This document shows, piece by piece, positions 1 through 13,240 of a stretch of DNA of 64,000 nt (its first letter is position 1; each line of letters opens with the position of its first letter). This DNA comes from Cycas panzhihuaensis (lineage: Eukaryota > Plantae > Cycadophyta). The notes beneath the pieces are model-generated. The model saw nothing but the letters and a program-made list of their open reading frames with translations, searched no databases and had not been told where the DNA came from. Both the position numbers and the translations under genes were made by a program. The DNA lies in NCBI GenBank assembly GCA_023213395.1, contig CM041465.1, positions 178,691,741 through 178,755,740 on the forward strand, written 5' to 3'.

Positions 1-2370
1 TACACGTCTATCACTGCACCACAAAAAGGTTTCAACACATAGATCTCATTTCAATTCTCCATGCCAAGCAAATCTCTATGCCAAGGCTCCCCTGTTACAT
101 GCCCGACCATTGACAAAACTGTACATAGAGGATAAACCCTAATTTGATGAAGACAATACAATCGCCATTGCCCATCGCATGCATAATGTCTAAATGCCCT
201 ACAGATGAAAATATCTTATGATTTTTTTGAAAACCCTATAGAGCTTAGAACTCATCAATAGCTATCTGTCATCTCTATATATAGATTCAGCCACAACTGG
301 AGGAATATGAGTCACAACCTTTATCTGGCTGAGTTCATACACTCAACACTCTGCGAAGAAACCCTACTAGATCACACAATCATTCGCAAATCACATCCAT
401 CACCATTGCATGCAGAGAGAGTGCTTAGCCACCATTGATTAAGTTTGTCGTAACGCTTGATCCCATCACGCCACGCAAATACTCCAACCGAAGCTATTAC
501 GCCATCGCAATCTATGCTTCTACCACATTTTCGATCAATGATATTGCCTCATAGTTGCGCAGCAAAAAAATTGACGTGGAGAGCCGGGTTCGGTAGGTTC
601 AAATTGTGTTTTACAGAGACAAAGATCACCATGCATACTCGCACTATCCATCGTAGCCATGAAGGCATGAATTGACACATTTAGAGATTAATAGATCAAC
701 GTAGAAACCCTTGCAGATGTGGAGAGGTGAATTAGCTAATGCGAAGAATGAGTTAGATTATTCATAGACAAATGAATTTACAGAGACAATGTATTTTGAA
801 ACCCTAAAAAAAAATTGCATTTGGGTTGTATAATTTAATCAAATCACATACTCATTTCAAATTCCACTAGAGTGCCTTACAAATCAACATGACGTCATAT
901 GGAATGCCGATACAACCAGGGACTATGTTATAAAGGGGTGAACTTCAATTTTTTAAAAGTTGGATCGTATAGTTTTTGTTTTTCCAAATTTTATATTTGA
1001 TATTTAATAAAATTTTGAATTTGATTCTAATTTCTTAAAGATCGTGCACTTTTACATGGGTTACTAGCACATTTCCTTTCATATCTTCTCACTTGTATAT
1101 CAGAATCAGATGTATTCTATTGTGTTGGAAAGCAAAATTTGATACGGTCGCAATGAGTGGTCACACAACCTGCTTTGGACAACATAAGATAGAAAAAATT
1201 CAGGGTAAAATTGATGCAAAGGCTCAAAACTTCATTTTTGATAAATTTCATATCAACTTTTAGAAAAATTTCAATCAATTCCAATGTTTTTAATGGCTTC
1301 GAACATGATGGTAAATTTATTTTTTAGGAATGGTGGATGAAAATTATAATTTGGTATAAAATCAAGCATTTTAAGGCCCATTTATGACATTTTGAGGCCC
1401 ATTTCAGTTGAAAAAAATATATTAAATTAGAAATATTTGATGGATTTGTCATATGAGACATCCTTGATATATTGGTCACCCATTTCCCCCTTGGCAACAT
1501 CACATTTGGTTTAGCGGATAACAAAACCCTAACCAAACATACAGATCACCTGGATATTGAAACAATTTATGTTATCTCGTCAGATGGTAAGTACATTTGC
1601 CTTGCTACAGTGAACTTACCATGGCTAAGTAGTTTGGCCTAGTCCTAGAGTTGATTGTTCAAGATGATCCAACTATCGACTTAATTCAATTGATGAAACT
1701 TTGTTGTTCCTACAAGCAATTTGGAAAGATGATGAACCATGTATTTGAAGCAATTTCCTAGTGAACTGGTGATTACAGCAGTTGGTCACCCATGTATTTC
1801 GATAGATGGATATTGTTTTATATGAACTGAGACATCACTTTGCTTGATTTGATGGTCAACTTAATGTAGATTGAAAGTAGCCACCATACAAGTGAATGAA
1901 GATGTGCACAAAACACTTCATATATGTTAGTTTATATAGACTGATGCTTGATCGAAACAAGTATATAGTTACAAGTCTTTTACAAGTTACATTGATTTGA
2001 TATTAATGCGAAAGCTATGCTCGAAAGAGAGCCTTACGGTGTGATGAATTCACCCGTAGCATATAGGTTACATGATACAGGTTATTTACATGTTACAGGT
2101 GATACTACATACAAGATACAGGTTATAACTACAACTTACAGGTTCCAGCTTGCAAGATGAAGACTTGAAGACTCAAGATCAAGATTCAAGGACATTAAAT
2201 ATTATGGGGGAGTGTTAAAACATAATGTTTAACGTATATGGTATATACATGCACTTCCCACCAATCACCTACTTTGAGATATGTCAGATGCACACATATC
2301 TATGCTATTTCACCATTGGATGATGTAACGACTCATTATATTTGATAGGCTACTCATGAGGTGACTATCA

Positions 2371-2411
<41 letters not shown>

Positions 2412-2636
2412 CTCTCACCACTTGAGAACTTGAGAAATGAGAGACGAAGGAGAGAGGAGAAAGATGTAATTCTTATGATCATAAGTGGAGTCCTAACTCC
2501 ACCTTCTCCCGTGGTTTTTCCCATAATGGATTTTCCATGTATAAATCTTGGTGTCCATTTTGTGGTGATGATTATGTTTGATGATGCTTCATGTGTACAT
2601 ACTCATGAGTCTATTATTGCATTCATTATTTTAACA
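1..2636 (+). mobile_element. 3' part of a non-coding/non-autonomous LTR retroelement (PPT + 3' LTR 2213-2636)
   Basis: PPT GGGGGAG 2206-2212; LTR ends TGTTAAAA...TTTTAACA. Gypsy pol reading starts right after 2636. The 5' boundary is not visible, so 1-~900 is assigned tentatively. Confidence 0.55.
2213..2636 (+). repeat. LTR (424 bp) containing a (CT)10(AT)10 microsatellite at 2371-2411
   Basis: 8-bp terminal inverted repeat and adjacent PPT; its start is homologous to 12888 onward. Confidence 0.8.
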
Positions 2637-5600
2637 AAAGATGGACAAGTTACTCAATAAGGGGCATGCCAATTTCGTCGCTCACTTGTACTCAATAGAA
2701 GCGCAACACATGGATGAACAACTTAACGATAATCAGCTCATAAATTTACAAAGTCCTTTATAGAAGCACGACCAAAATTTTTAGACACTTCCCATAGCAT
2801 CGCCATCATATTATGGCATGGAACACACTATTGAAATCAAGCTACATGAAGGACTAATCTTTATACAACCTTATAGATGTGTCCATCAATAGAAAAAAAA
2901 AAAATTGAGCAACCCACCAAGACTTCCTTGACCTTGGTGCAATCACTTTGAGTAAAAGCCCCTATGCTGCCTCAATCGCCTTGGCTCGTAAGAAGGATTG
3001 TCCCTTCAGACTTTGTGTTGATTATCGCACTCTAAATGCAATAACAATAAATTTCCCATTCCCGAAATGGATAGTGTTATTAATGAATTATATGGTACAA
3101 CAATTTTCTCTAAAATTGATTGCAATCAAAGTATGATCAAGTTTTAATCCACGTGTAAGACTGTGACAAAATGACTTTTCCAACACATCAAGTGTTGTTC
3201 AAATTTAAAGCCATTGCGTTTCGACTTACCAACACTCTAGCTACTTTTCAAGCCACAATGAACAAAGAATTTATGCCCTTCCTCCACAAATCCATAATGG
3301 TTTTCTTTATGATATCCTTGTTTATAGCAAATCATGGCAACATCACCTCTGCCATTTGGACTAGAAACACTAGCCCGCAACAAACTATTTGCTAAACATT
3401 CCAAGTGTCATTTTAGCAAATAGACTTTTGAGTACCTTAGTCATGTTATCTCTATCCATGAGGTATGCATGGACCTCAATAAAGTTAAGGATTCTTGATT
3501 GGCCAACAACAAAAGCTATTAGCTCCCTTCGTGGCTTCTTGGGACTTATAGAGTTCTATCGCAAATTTGTTTGGGCCTATTCCTCCATTGCTTCACCTCT
3601 AACTGAATTGTGCAAAAAGGATGCTTTTCAATGGTCAACCCAAGCTAATTAAGCCTTCTCCATTTTGAAGATTGCAATCACTTATGCTCCGATCTTGGCC
3701 ATGCCAAATTTCTCTAAGCCCTTCGAACTTGAGCACGACACCTTTAGATCTAGTATTGGAGTTGTATGAATACAAAATAACAAACCCATAGCCTTTGAGA
3801 GCAAGAAATCAAATCTTTGAGAACAGTCATATTCAATTTACAATAAGGAGATGCTCACAATCTTGCATGCCTTGGTTAAATGGCACTAATACCTTCTTGG
3901 CAACAACCTCATAGTGCACATAGATCATCATAGCCTCAAGTGACTCTTTCAACATCTTGCATTGCTAGAATTACAGTAGAAATGGCTAACTAAGATCCAA
4001 GATTTTGACTTCAACATAGTGTACAAGAAAGCCAAAGAGAACATTGTGGCTGACAATCTTTCAAGAAAATTAAAACACGAATCATGCCATACTACATTTG
4101 AGGCTCTACCACAATAGCTCAAGAAGCTTCAACACACATACACACAAGACCCCATAACAAAGGATAGACTTCTTGATTACCAACAAGGGACCCAACTATT
4201 GGCTTGGTTGCTCCAAGGGCAAGCATTATTTCATAAAAATTGTATATGTATACCATAGCCTTCAACTCTCAAAGATTTTACATTCAAGGTGACAAAATAT
4301 AAAATCATGATCAAATACCATGATAGGAACTTACATAAGCGCTCAAATATCATATTTAAAATATTATATAAAATTCTACAAAACCATGATAAAGAAAGAT
4401 AAAATATGCACTGATCTAAAATACAAAAGGAGAAGGGGAAGAATGATCAATTCTCATCTATTGCATTAGATAAGATACATATTTATAGATATGATTCACC
4501 TAATAGAGGTTTAATGATATTGGAGAACTTCTAAGACAACCAATGAGAATAAATGAATATGTGAGCTCTAAACATGCATTTTAATAATGCTCACAAATTA
4601 ATACCTACACAAGAAAGATATTAAAAACTTTGATGTTTTTTGCAACACCTGTCAATGCCAAAAGTTGGAAACCATGAAACCCCCAAGTTTACTCTAACCA
4701 TTGTCTATCCCAAATCATAGATGGACTGATATAAGCATGGATTTTATCACTATTCTCTCCAAATTTGTAGGAAAAGATCTTATTTTTGTGATAGTTGACA
4801 GATTAATTTGATATGCACACTTCATCTCATTACAGAAGGCATCCTCAGCACAACAGGTCATTGACCTCTTTATGAAGCATATTTACCACTTGCATGGATT
4901 TCCCAAAGCCATCATCAGTGACCATGACCCCAAATTTTCTAGTAATTTTTGGTCTAAATTCTTCCATTTGGCAAGCACAGAGCTATAGATGAGTACAACG
5001 AATTATCCTCACACTCATGCTCAAACATAAACAACCAACAAGTGACTTGAAGCATACTTGCATTGTTTTGCTAGGGACAAGTAGTCACAATGGCTACAAC
5101 GGCTACATCTTGCCAAGTATTGATATAATACTTATGATCATACTATCATCAAAATGTCGCATTCCTAGCACTCTACAAATATCCTCTACCATATTTTCAT
5201 TAATTTCAGTCCTCGTCTAAGGCTCCTGCAATTGAGACACTTCAACAACAAAAAATATCCTACAAGCCCTCAATGAGGATCTAGACAATGCCTAAAATCA
5301 CATTAAACAATAGGCAGATATGCATTGCTTCAAACACCAACTTAGCACAGGAAATTGGGTCTTCATCAAATTAAAGCCTCACAAACAATCTTCCTTAAAT
5401 GCCTCAAGGAAGTAGAAGCTCACCCCAAGATTTTATGGCCTGTTTCAAATCCTCAAAAGAGTCGGTTCTGTTGCCTACACCCTAGACATGCTTGGAGCAC
5501 AAATACATAATGTATTCCATGTTTCTAGCCTAAAACCCAAAGTAAAAGTACATGCCATTGTACAAACAAATCTTCCTACATCTAGTGATGATGGCCAATT

Positions 5601-5980
5601 GATCCTTGATACATAGGGCATTCTGGCCACCCACAGTAAGCAATTACATACAAGGACCATAACTGAATATTTGATCAAGTGGAAAAGCCTTCCAAGCAAA
5701 TAGACAACTTGGGAATCTGAAGAATTCATCCAAAAGTTTCTAACCTTCCCATGCTTTGACGACAAAGCATTTTGAAAGGGGAAGGTTCTGTTGCAAGCTT
5801 CACAATTATTATGATCATCACAGTTAATTAGTGCTTATGGTAATTAATAATAGTTTGAATAAGGGCAGGAATAGTTGGTTACCAATAGGCAGGAAACATG
5901 AAACATTGTGAAGATATGTATATGTTGCTTGCCTGGTTTGTACTGATATCATATATCAATCAAATAAAAATCATTTTACA
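2637..5980 (+). mobile_element. Degenerate Ty3/Gypsy chromovirus, 3' portion (RT-RNaseH-integrase-chromodomain, PPT, probable short 3' LTR 5789-~5980)
   Basis: Fragments KSPYA...KKD..FRLCVDYR.LN (2948), LRGFLGL..FYRKFV (3530), WTDISMDFI (4720) and chromodomain EYLIKWK (5665). PPT GAAAGGGGAAGG 5774-5785, then TGTTGC. Many stops and frameshifts. Confidence 0.88.
4290..4600 (-). mobile_element. Probable solo-LTR-like insertion interrupting the integrase N-terminus
   Basis: AT-rich non-coding block starting TGACAAAA; integrase reading resumes at ~4612 (KDIKNF..CNTCQ). No TSD found and the right boundary is approximate. Confidence 0.35.
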
Positions 5981-7475
5981 AAGAACAAGTTCCCCATGTC
6001 ACTAACCTCTGAATGCAACTGTTGTGGTTCGTCATCTTGCTTGGGTGCACGTTATGGAGTGTAATAGGTCTCCGATATATTTCACTTCCAAAGACTAAGC
6101 TATGTTCTTTGCTACGATGAGAAACTGAATTTAATTTATGTCTTGCAATTTTAACTAATTCTGTCCATGCTTCAATTTCATGGCAGAATGCAATACTCAA
6201 ATCCTCCCAAAAACAAAGAATAAACAGGGAACAATCAGACCCAATCCTTCTGCATGAAAGATGAGCAGATATGCTGTCTCATTTGAAATTTGGACCATCA
6301 GTGCAAATCCCAAATCTATATTCAACTAGAATCATAGCAGCAATCCAGAATCTTTAATAAGAATGTAATGATTGGGGAAAAAATTTTGGAGCTGCAACAT
6401 CAACATGAAAAGATGGCTGCAGCAATAAAATGTTCACCAACCTGTTCATGGAACACGAGAAATATCTGCACCGAATTTTCAGATCTGGTGCACACAGACC
6501 CTATATCCATCTAGGGTGAAACAGTGCTGCTGTTATTGAAAAGCCTTAGGTCAGATTTTGTGAGGTGGGTTGACTTGACAAAATCAACAATGATAGCCGT
6601 AAGGCCCACACTAAAACCCTAAATCTTGCAGTTACATATTTTACATGCAGGAGGTCATCCTCTGGGCTTAATTTGATGGTTTGATGATTCTCAATGGGGC
6701 TATGACTTATCTTTCAAATATCATGAACAATCTCTGTGCTTTGGCTGATCTTGTGGAAGAATTTGTTCTCCATGATGTTCATAATCATCTCTCTAGTTTC
6801 AGATCCACAACAGATTGGGATCCTAATTCAAACAAGGGTTGTTTTAAATTTCTAAAGTCAAGCTATTACCAATACATCCGGGTTTTCTCTTGTACAATGC
6901 ATTTGAGGCCTGCTTCAAAACATACACAAACAGTCATGAGGAACAAAAGGTACCAGCAGAAATGAACTGAGAAACAGTGTCTCTCTCCCTTTTCAATCCC
7001 ACAAAGAGGCACTCAGTAATTAAAGAACTTACCAATAAGCACAAAATTTGGGCTCAATATTGCGAAGCAAGTGCTAGCAGAGTCCACCGTGGTGCAATTT
7101 CAACAGGGTAAAGACTTGACACTGAAGAGGTGCATGCAGAACCTATAATGGTTGAATGATGAAACTCCAGTATTCCCACCAATCCCATAATGCACCACCC
7201 ATATTCAAACACAACATTACATATTATGTTCTGGACTCCATGCACATTGTTCAGCATTAAGAACTTCGTAAATACATAATTCTTCTATGTATACGTCCAA
7301 GAACCCAATATCCCTGTTCTTCTGGGAGAATCAGACTGGTATTTCAATGATCTGACAAGCAAAAGAGATTGCACAGAATCATGTGAACAATATTTAGAGA
7401 TGATAAGACATTATCTCTTCTGAGAATCAGGTCTGCTCCCAGGCCTCTGATCCAAAAATAGTTTAGCTTCCATGA

Positions 7476-7560
7476 TCATTCTTCCCACCCAGGGCAATTG
7501 CAAGGCACTCTACCATCGTTCCATTCTGATCCACATTTATAGCAAAACTCGAAACCACAT
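7476..7560 (-). CDS. RBR ligase exon 3 (RING2 C-terminal half, CGFEFCYKCGSEWNDGRVPCNCPGWEE*)
   Basis: Not in the ORF track. Read by hand after the TTTCAG acceptor; it completes the RING2 pattern in frame. Confidence 0.9.
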
Positions 7561-9283
7561 CTGAAACAATAGCAACAACTTGCTTCAGCAATCCTTCCAG
7601 CAGTTTCACAGATCAACAAATTGGCCTTTACATTCTCTTCTAATAAACAGACAATTTCAAGAGCAGATTAACTAGCAGACTTAAAAGACACATGTATAGA
7701 GATAATTCAAAGAACTTATTGTCCTAAACTGTAGGTTCTTAGGCTGTCCTAAGATGCCTTTTTTTTCTGATTGGAAGAAATTATATTTATCCGCAGAAAC
7801 AGGTATAAAATACAGAGGGAGTAAACCTTGGGCTCAGGTTGACAATTTTTTTTTAATTGAAACCAATTACATTAATCAAAATACAGGCCAGCAGCTTTTT
7901 TTTGTTCTTCTCGAAAGCAGATATATAAATCCAAGGGCAGTAATCTCTATCTTTCATTGAAGGCGATTATATTAATCAAAATGCAGGATTGCAAACACCG
8001 CTAACCTGCAAGTCATGTGAGAGCAACCAGATTCCTTTTCAACCATAAGTTTGCATCGCGCACAGCGTTGCCATTGCTTCTCTTTGGCAAGACTGAAGAG
8101 CATCAAATCGTCTCTCCCTTTCTCGGCAGGAGATAATTTCTGAAAATCGGAGCAATCCAGACCCGCATGCCATGGCACATAGCATTGGACACAAAACAGC
8201 CTTCTACACAGCGGGCACTCCGATTGCTTAATGGGCGTCCCTCTCGAGCATCCCGCTTCCTGTCCTTCCTGCAATAGGAGTGCAGAACAGTCCGGGAAAG
8301 GGCAATAGAACCTTTCGGACTCTGGTATATCGGCTTCGACCAGTGCCGCAAACCATTCCACAGACGCTTCAGAGGGGAGGATCATTTCACATTGGTCGGG
8401 CGTCAAATGTACCCAACAATCGGGCTCCGGGCACTGTATGAGGACAACTTTCTCCCGCCTCTTGGCAAGGATATGCTGGACTACACAGTCAGAACAAAAT
8501 CTATGGGAACAGGCCATATTGTCGAATATTTCAGATGGCCGTTTTGCTTCTAAACAGATTCCACACAACACTTTAACAGGGGCAATTTCATCTGGTTCGA
8601 CCACCTCTTTCCCTGCCCTTCTCGGCCTTTTGGACGCCGAAACCAATATGCAGCCGTTCCGGGGCCGTTTCCCCGGTTCATCCTGAGATCAAACAAAAAG
8701 CCACGAGAATTACATCAACACAGCCTCCAAGTGCTAAACCCAGAGGCGTCAAGACTTAGGCTCGACCCAGGGTCAATCCCCAGGGAACATACCCCGGCTT
8801 GTACTCCATGAATAGGGCGGGGCGGTGCTGTGCATATGTCCCAGGAATCGCATTATGCTTAAACCGCACAAGGGCTCGGAAGCTTCCACACATGGCTCTT
8901 ATGCAGCAATTCCAACTCCAAAAAAAAATAATTTGAATGGAAATAAAGACTGAAAAACGCACCTGGTTGAGATCAACCTCTTCAGTGAGTTCCCGCACAC
9001 AGTCTGGAGGAGAGGATGAACTTGGATTTGAATTTGAAGAGGAACCGACATATGTAGACCGGGATTCCACAGATGCACTCAGCACCTCTTCAATCTGCAA
9101 TTCACAGGCATACTCTAAATCAGACAAAGCAATGACTTCCTCCACTTGAAGCTGCAGTACATAATCGTCCATGGATGCGTCAACGGCCTCTTGACGCTCG
9201 TGTTGAAATTGTTCATCTACTGATTCAACATCCTCTTCTTCGTCGTCGCGAGTCCCACGTTCGAAACCTCTGCAGTCGCCCAT
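7476..9283 (-). CDS. RBR-type (RING1-IBR-RING2) E3 ubiquitin ligase, plant RSL1/RNF144/RNF217-like; 3 exons join(8963..9283,8006..8682,7476..7560), 1083 nt, ~360 aa
   Basis: ATG at 9283. Both introns are GT-AG and keep frame. Intron 1 (8683-8962) has CAG|GTGCGT and TTTGTTTGATCTCAG|GAT, phase 0. Intron 2 (7561-8005) has AG|GTTAG and TTGTTTCAG|A, phase 2. RING1 is CGIC...CSHRFCSDC...CPEPDC, IBR is CPFPDC...CPLCRRLFCVQC...WHAGLDC, RING2 is CARC...GCSHMTCRCGFEFCYKC. Stop TGA at 7478-7476. Confidence 0.93.
8006..8682 (-). CDS. RBR ligase exon 2 (RING1, IBR, start of RING2)
   Basis: ORF 7972..8646 extended in frame to the AG acceptor at 8684-8683; donor at 8005 splits the Arg codon of MTCR. Confidence 0.93.
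8963..9283 (-). CDS. RBR ligase exon 1 (acidic N-terminus with repeated helical motifs)
   Basis: First 107 codons of ORF 8756..9283, ending VDLNQ before the GT donor at 8962-8961. Confidence 0.85.
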
Positions 9284-9600
9284 CTCTCAATTCCAATCCA
9301 AAAAACTGAAGACCGCTACCAGAAGACGCAGGAACGAAATGCAGGTCTTTTCGCGGGAATTTCAGACGCATCCCGCCCTTTGTTCGTTACAATGGCCCCG
9401 ATGATTGGATTCGGATCAATTACCCAATAACCCGTCAAACCCATTATTGAAGTGCACTTTAATGCCGTAGATCTGACGGTCGTAGTATTCCCCTGCAGTC
9501 TTGGACAGAAAGGCAGCCCTTAAATCTACCGCATTTGACGCCAGGTTGCGTCGACGATAGTTTTCTGCGCGGTGTGCGTACTCCGTCATTGCCATAACAT
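9284..9600 (-). promoter_or_regulatory. CpG-rich 5' UTR/proximal promoter of the RBR gene with overlapping E2F-like sites and four TGACG motifs
   Basis: TTTCGCGG (9349-9356, +) overlaps ATTCCCGC (9353-9360, -). TGACG/CGTCA at 9433, 9474, 9536, 9584. CpG is frequent here and rare in the flanking TEs. Confidence 0.5.
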
Positions 9601-10915
9601 TATTAAACGTTACTAGCAAAAATGTTACATAAATAAACATAAAATAAGTACCTTAGGTCGTTTGATAAAATGAAAAGAAGCTTAAGGCATAGTCATATGG
9701 GAAGGAGCTTCCTAATTCTCCTCAGGCGCTTAATGTCTTTTAGTTTTTGGAACATGAATATATAAATTGATAAAGATTGTGGTGGATCCGCTCGTATCAA
9801 GCTCGTAGCTTATTCTTTTTTATCATTTATTTAAGTTAAATTATTTGGGGCAAAAATGCCATAGGGATATTTTGGAAAACTTCCTTTCCAAGCAAACATA
9901 AAATGGTGGGAGAGAGTTGGAATCCCAATGTGCTCCCTTTGTTGATTAAGACAATATATAATTTCTTATGAGCATGCCATTACATATCCATCCTAGTAGA
10001 AGTCAAGCCCTACTTGAGCTCCTTACATAGTTTCTCTCTTAGCAAATAGTTTAATTGGCAATCACTATTCAAAATCCACTTTTTAAGAATGCATCACCCA
10101 TCTCTTACAATTTGCTCGATCAAATGTAAGTTATCAAAACTTCTAGGGATGTCATTATAAATGAGGTAAAATCATAAGGGGGATTATATTCTCCCAAACC
10201 CTATGTTGAGGAGTTTTAGGAGCTTAAGAAAAGAATAAAGCCATATGAAAATCCAAACAAAATGTTTGATTATCCAATTATTCAAAGTACCTATCAAAAA
10301 AGAGTGCACTCCATCTTAAGAAAAAGTAAAAAAGGTGGTGAGAATCTTGACCAATATTCTCCACATAGGCTTAGGCTCTTATATATTCTAATTTATCCTA
10401 ACCACATAAAGCTTTAGGACTATTGTAACCCCTTAATTCTAATATTTTGAAGCTTATCCTTTCTTTATGATTACATTATGTTATTAGCTTATAAGTTAGT
10501 GCCAAATATATAAGGACGACTCCTTGAATCCCATCAATTTTAGATGTTTGCATGCTTGTGTATATTTTCTATATGATGTAAGAGGTCCTTTGAAAGTTGA
10601 TATAGAATTGCATGTTTTGCCTTCATCCATAATATCTTGTTGTCCTTAAGATCATGCTTTGAGACTGACTAAACTTGTAGATGTGAAAGAATGTGATTAT
10701 CAAAGGAATTTAAGGACATTAACCACATCTAATATTAATGTGTTCTTTGTTATTTATTGTATTTACATGAGATAGAAAATTATCTTGACATATGAATAAA
10801 GCATAAGAAGACTCTTACATGTATGTTGCATCAATAAATCCACTTTTGTACATTAGTGATTTTAGAACTTGGTGTCATCATTTATATCATTTATCATTAG
10901 AAAAGATGCATTGCT

Positions 10916-13240
10916 TGTTATCAGAGCATGTTTGAATCCAAGTTGTTATGGTGAGGTAAAGATCATGTAAATGAAGATTTGAGCTTGTTTTGAGACTGTT
11001 CAGAAACATACATATGAAGAGCGACCTAGTTGGAATCCCTTTCAACCAATAAAGAGCATTACAACACCCGGTTTATTAAAAAAACCCTACACAGGGCCCC
11101 TTAATATATAATGCAAACATTGATTAAGGACCTAGCACTTATCAACACGAAAAGCCATTTGTTGAAAATCCATAAACTACCCAATGCACAATCGTCTGAA
11201 GAAAATCTCTAGCTGAACCTTACATGCAGTGATGGAGAAACCATACTATGTAAAGTCGCTCAATAGAGGAAGAAACTCTGTTTATCCACCCATAGAGACC
11301 TGGCCATCGTGCTTGCCTCATGTGATTGCATGTCTGCCTAAATCTATGCATGCTATATCATTGCTCTCCATTTGTCTTAATAATTGCCAAGATTATTGCT
11401 GCTACTTCATGGCCCCACTTACCCTATATTTAAGCCTTGCCTTGCTTTCATTGCCTCGTTCATGCACATGTTGCCCAAATGTTAGTCAAACTGCCAACTG
11501 AATTGCTCATGTCACACATATCTCATATTCATATTTAACGAAGATAAAAAAAAAAAAGGAAGGGTTTTAGAATGCAAAATAATTTGAAGCCCCAGTCAAG
11601 CTCATGTAGGAAGAAATCATCGGAAAAGAAGCAAAAATGGAGGATCAAAACCTGACACCACCTGTGCTTTACTCACTCAACCTTTGGTTTTGTCTCTGGC
11701 TTGGCTTGCAGTATATGACACCCTTTGTATCTTGTCTATTGTTCACCCAAGTTGCTCTACGACTAGTTGCACCTTCATTGTGATTAACAACCTAACATTG
11801 TCTTGAAGATCTCGATCTTTGCTTCATTAATTTTGTCATTAGTTTGTCAATCATTCGCATAGAATACATTTTCAGATCTGATAGAGCATTTATCAACTAG
11901 TAGGCAATCATATGGATAGACTATGTGACCTAGGGCTAAGTGACAAAAGGGGGCCAAAGTATTTTTCAAAGGGACTTCTCATTTTTTATAGTACCCTAAC
12001 ACATTTTCTTTCATAACTTTCTACCAAGATGTTAGAATTCAGTGTTGTCAATTACATTGGATTTATTATCTTAAGATGATCAAAATAGATGGTCACAAGG
12101 TATAGTTTGGAATTTAGATGCTTGTTATTTTAATCAGCAAAGTTCATGCAAATGCTTAAAACTTCATAAAAAGTTCATTTTATGACAATTTTCATATCCA
12201 ATTTCAAATATTATGTAGTTTTTCAACGTTCTTGATAGTATGGTAAAGTCATTTCTATATTTGGAAGCAAGAATAGATATGTTTGATTTAAATTTAAGCA
12301 AAAACTACTTATTTATGATAGTTTGAAAGCTTTTAAAGAATCCTTTTTACACTTATGAAAGTTCTTTCTTGCAAAATCACATATAGTATTTACTTGCTAG
12401 TAATTATATTATTGATTTTCTAATAGAAGATGTTACGTAAAAGTATATTTGGTTATTAGTAAACTTGGAGGCTTAAACTCCAAGTGATATTCATTTGTAT
12501 CCTTGAAGAACCACATAGGCTTCAAGGTGTATCATGCTCTTATCCTTGAAGGAACCATAAATCAGTTGTCTCAAATGAGAATGAAGAAACCACAAATTAG
12601 TTGCCTCAAATAGATTGTAGTTACTTTGGTACTCAACTCATTTTCTTAGAAGGCTTGGTCCCGAAATGAAGTTAACTAATGTTGATTTGAATGAGGCTCC
12701 TATTCAACTTGAGGTTGCATCAGCTAGTTAATCATATATTCTGGTAGATGGGCTTTTTTTTCATATGGACTTCAACAAATTTTGTTTGCAGCTTGCATAT
12801 ATAGTTAGTATAATATAGAGCCAATATTCATTTGTTCTAATAGACTTCTACATAATGTACAAATGTGACATTAAACATTTAGAGAGGTGTTAAAACATAG
12901 TGTTTAATGTATATTAATATTTAGTATATCTCTTATCTTAATTCTCTCATAAGTATTTTATATTGAGTTAATATATGTGCATATGATGCACATCTATTCA
13001 TGTAAATGTCTCATTGGTGGATATAAGGGTTATTTCACTTGATTGGACAAATATAAGGTCAAATGCATTATAAGTATGTATTCATACCCAATGCAATAAT
13101 TTGAAAGGTGATCATTTTCTCACATCGTTATTGTCTTTTGTATTGTACATACTTTATCTTTCATGTATTTATTTATTATTTTATTATTATTTGCCTCATA
13201 CTTGTATCTTATTTCATATTCATATTTTCATTATGATTTC
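10916..13240 (+). mobile_element. Old non-coding LTR element related to the one at 1-2636
   Basis: PBS-like TGTTATCAGAGC 10916-10927; 12000-12250 resembles 1080-1320. The junction GACATTAAACATTTAGAGAGG|TGTTAAAACATAGTGTTTAATG (LTR from 12888) matches 2191-2235. The ends are poorly defined. Confidence 0.45.

Noticed and set aside
134-808. AAACCCTA(A) telomere/telo-box motifs
   Set aside because: Isolated single copies, common in plant TEs; not an interstitial telomeric array.
880-1080. Mutator/MITE-like terminal sequence
   Set aside because: No partner TIR or TSD in the window; a similar tract at ~11930-12010 suggests it is internal to the LTR family.
8756-8962. C-terminal extension of ORF 8756..9283, and the LAVFAILHFD tail of ORF 7972..8646
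   Set aside because: Read-through into introns; canonical splicing gives a complete RBR protein.
9660-10500. Possible LTR fragment next to the RBR promoter (patchy similarity to 46770-46930 and 13640-13700 in reverse)
   Set aside because: Similarity is too short and patchy to set boundaries by eye; needs a repeat-library search.
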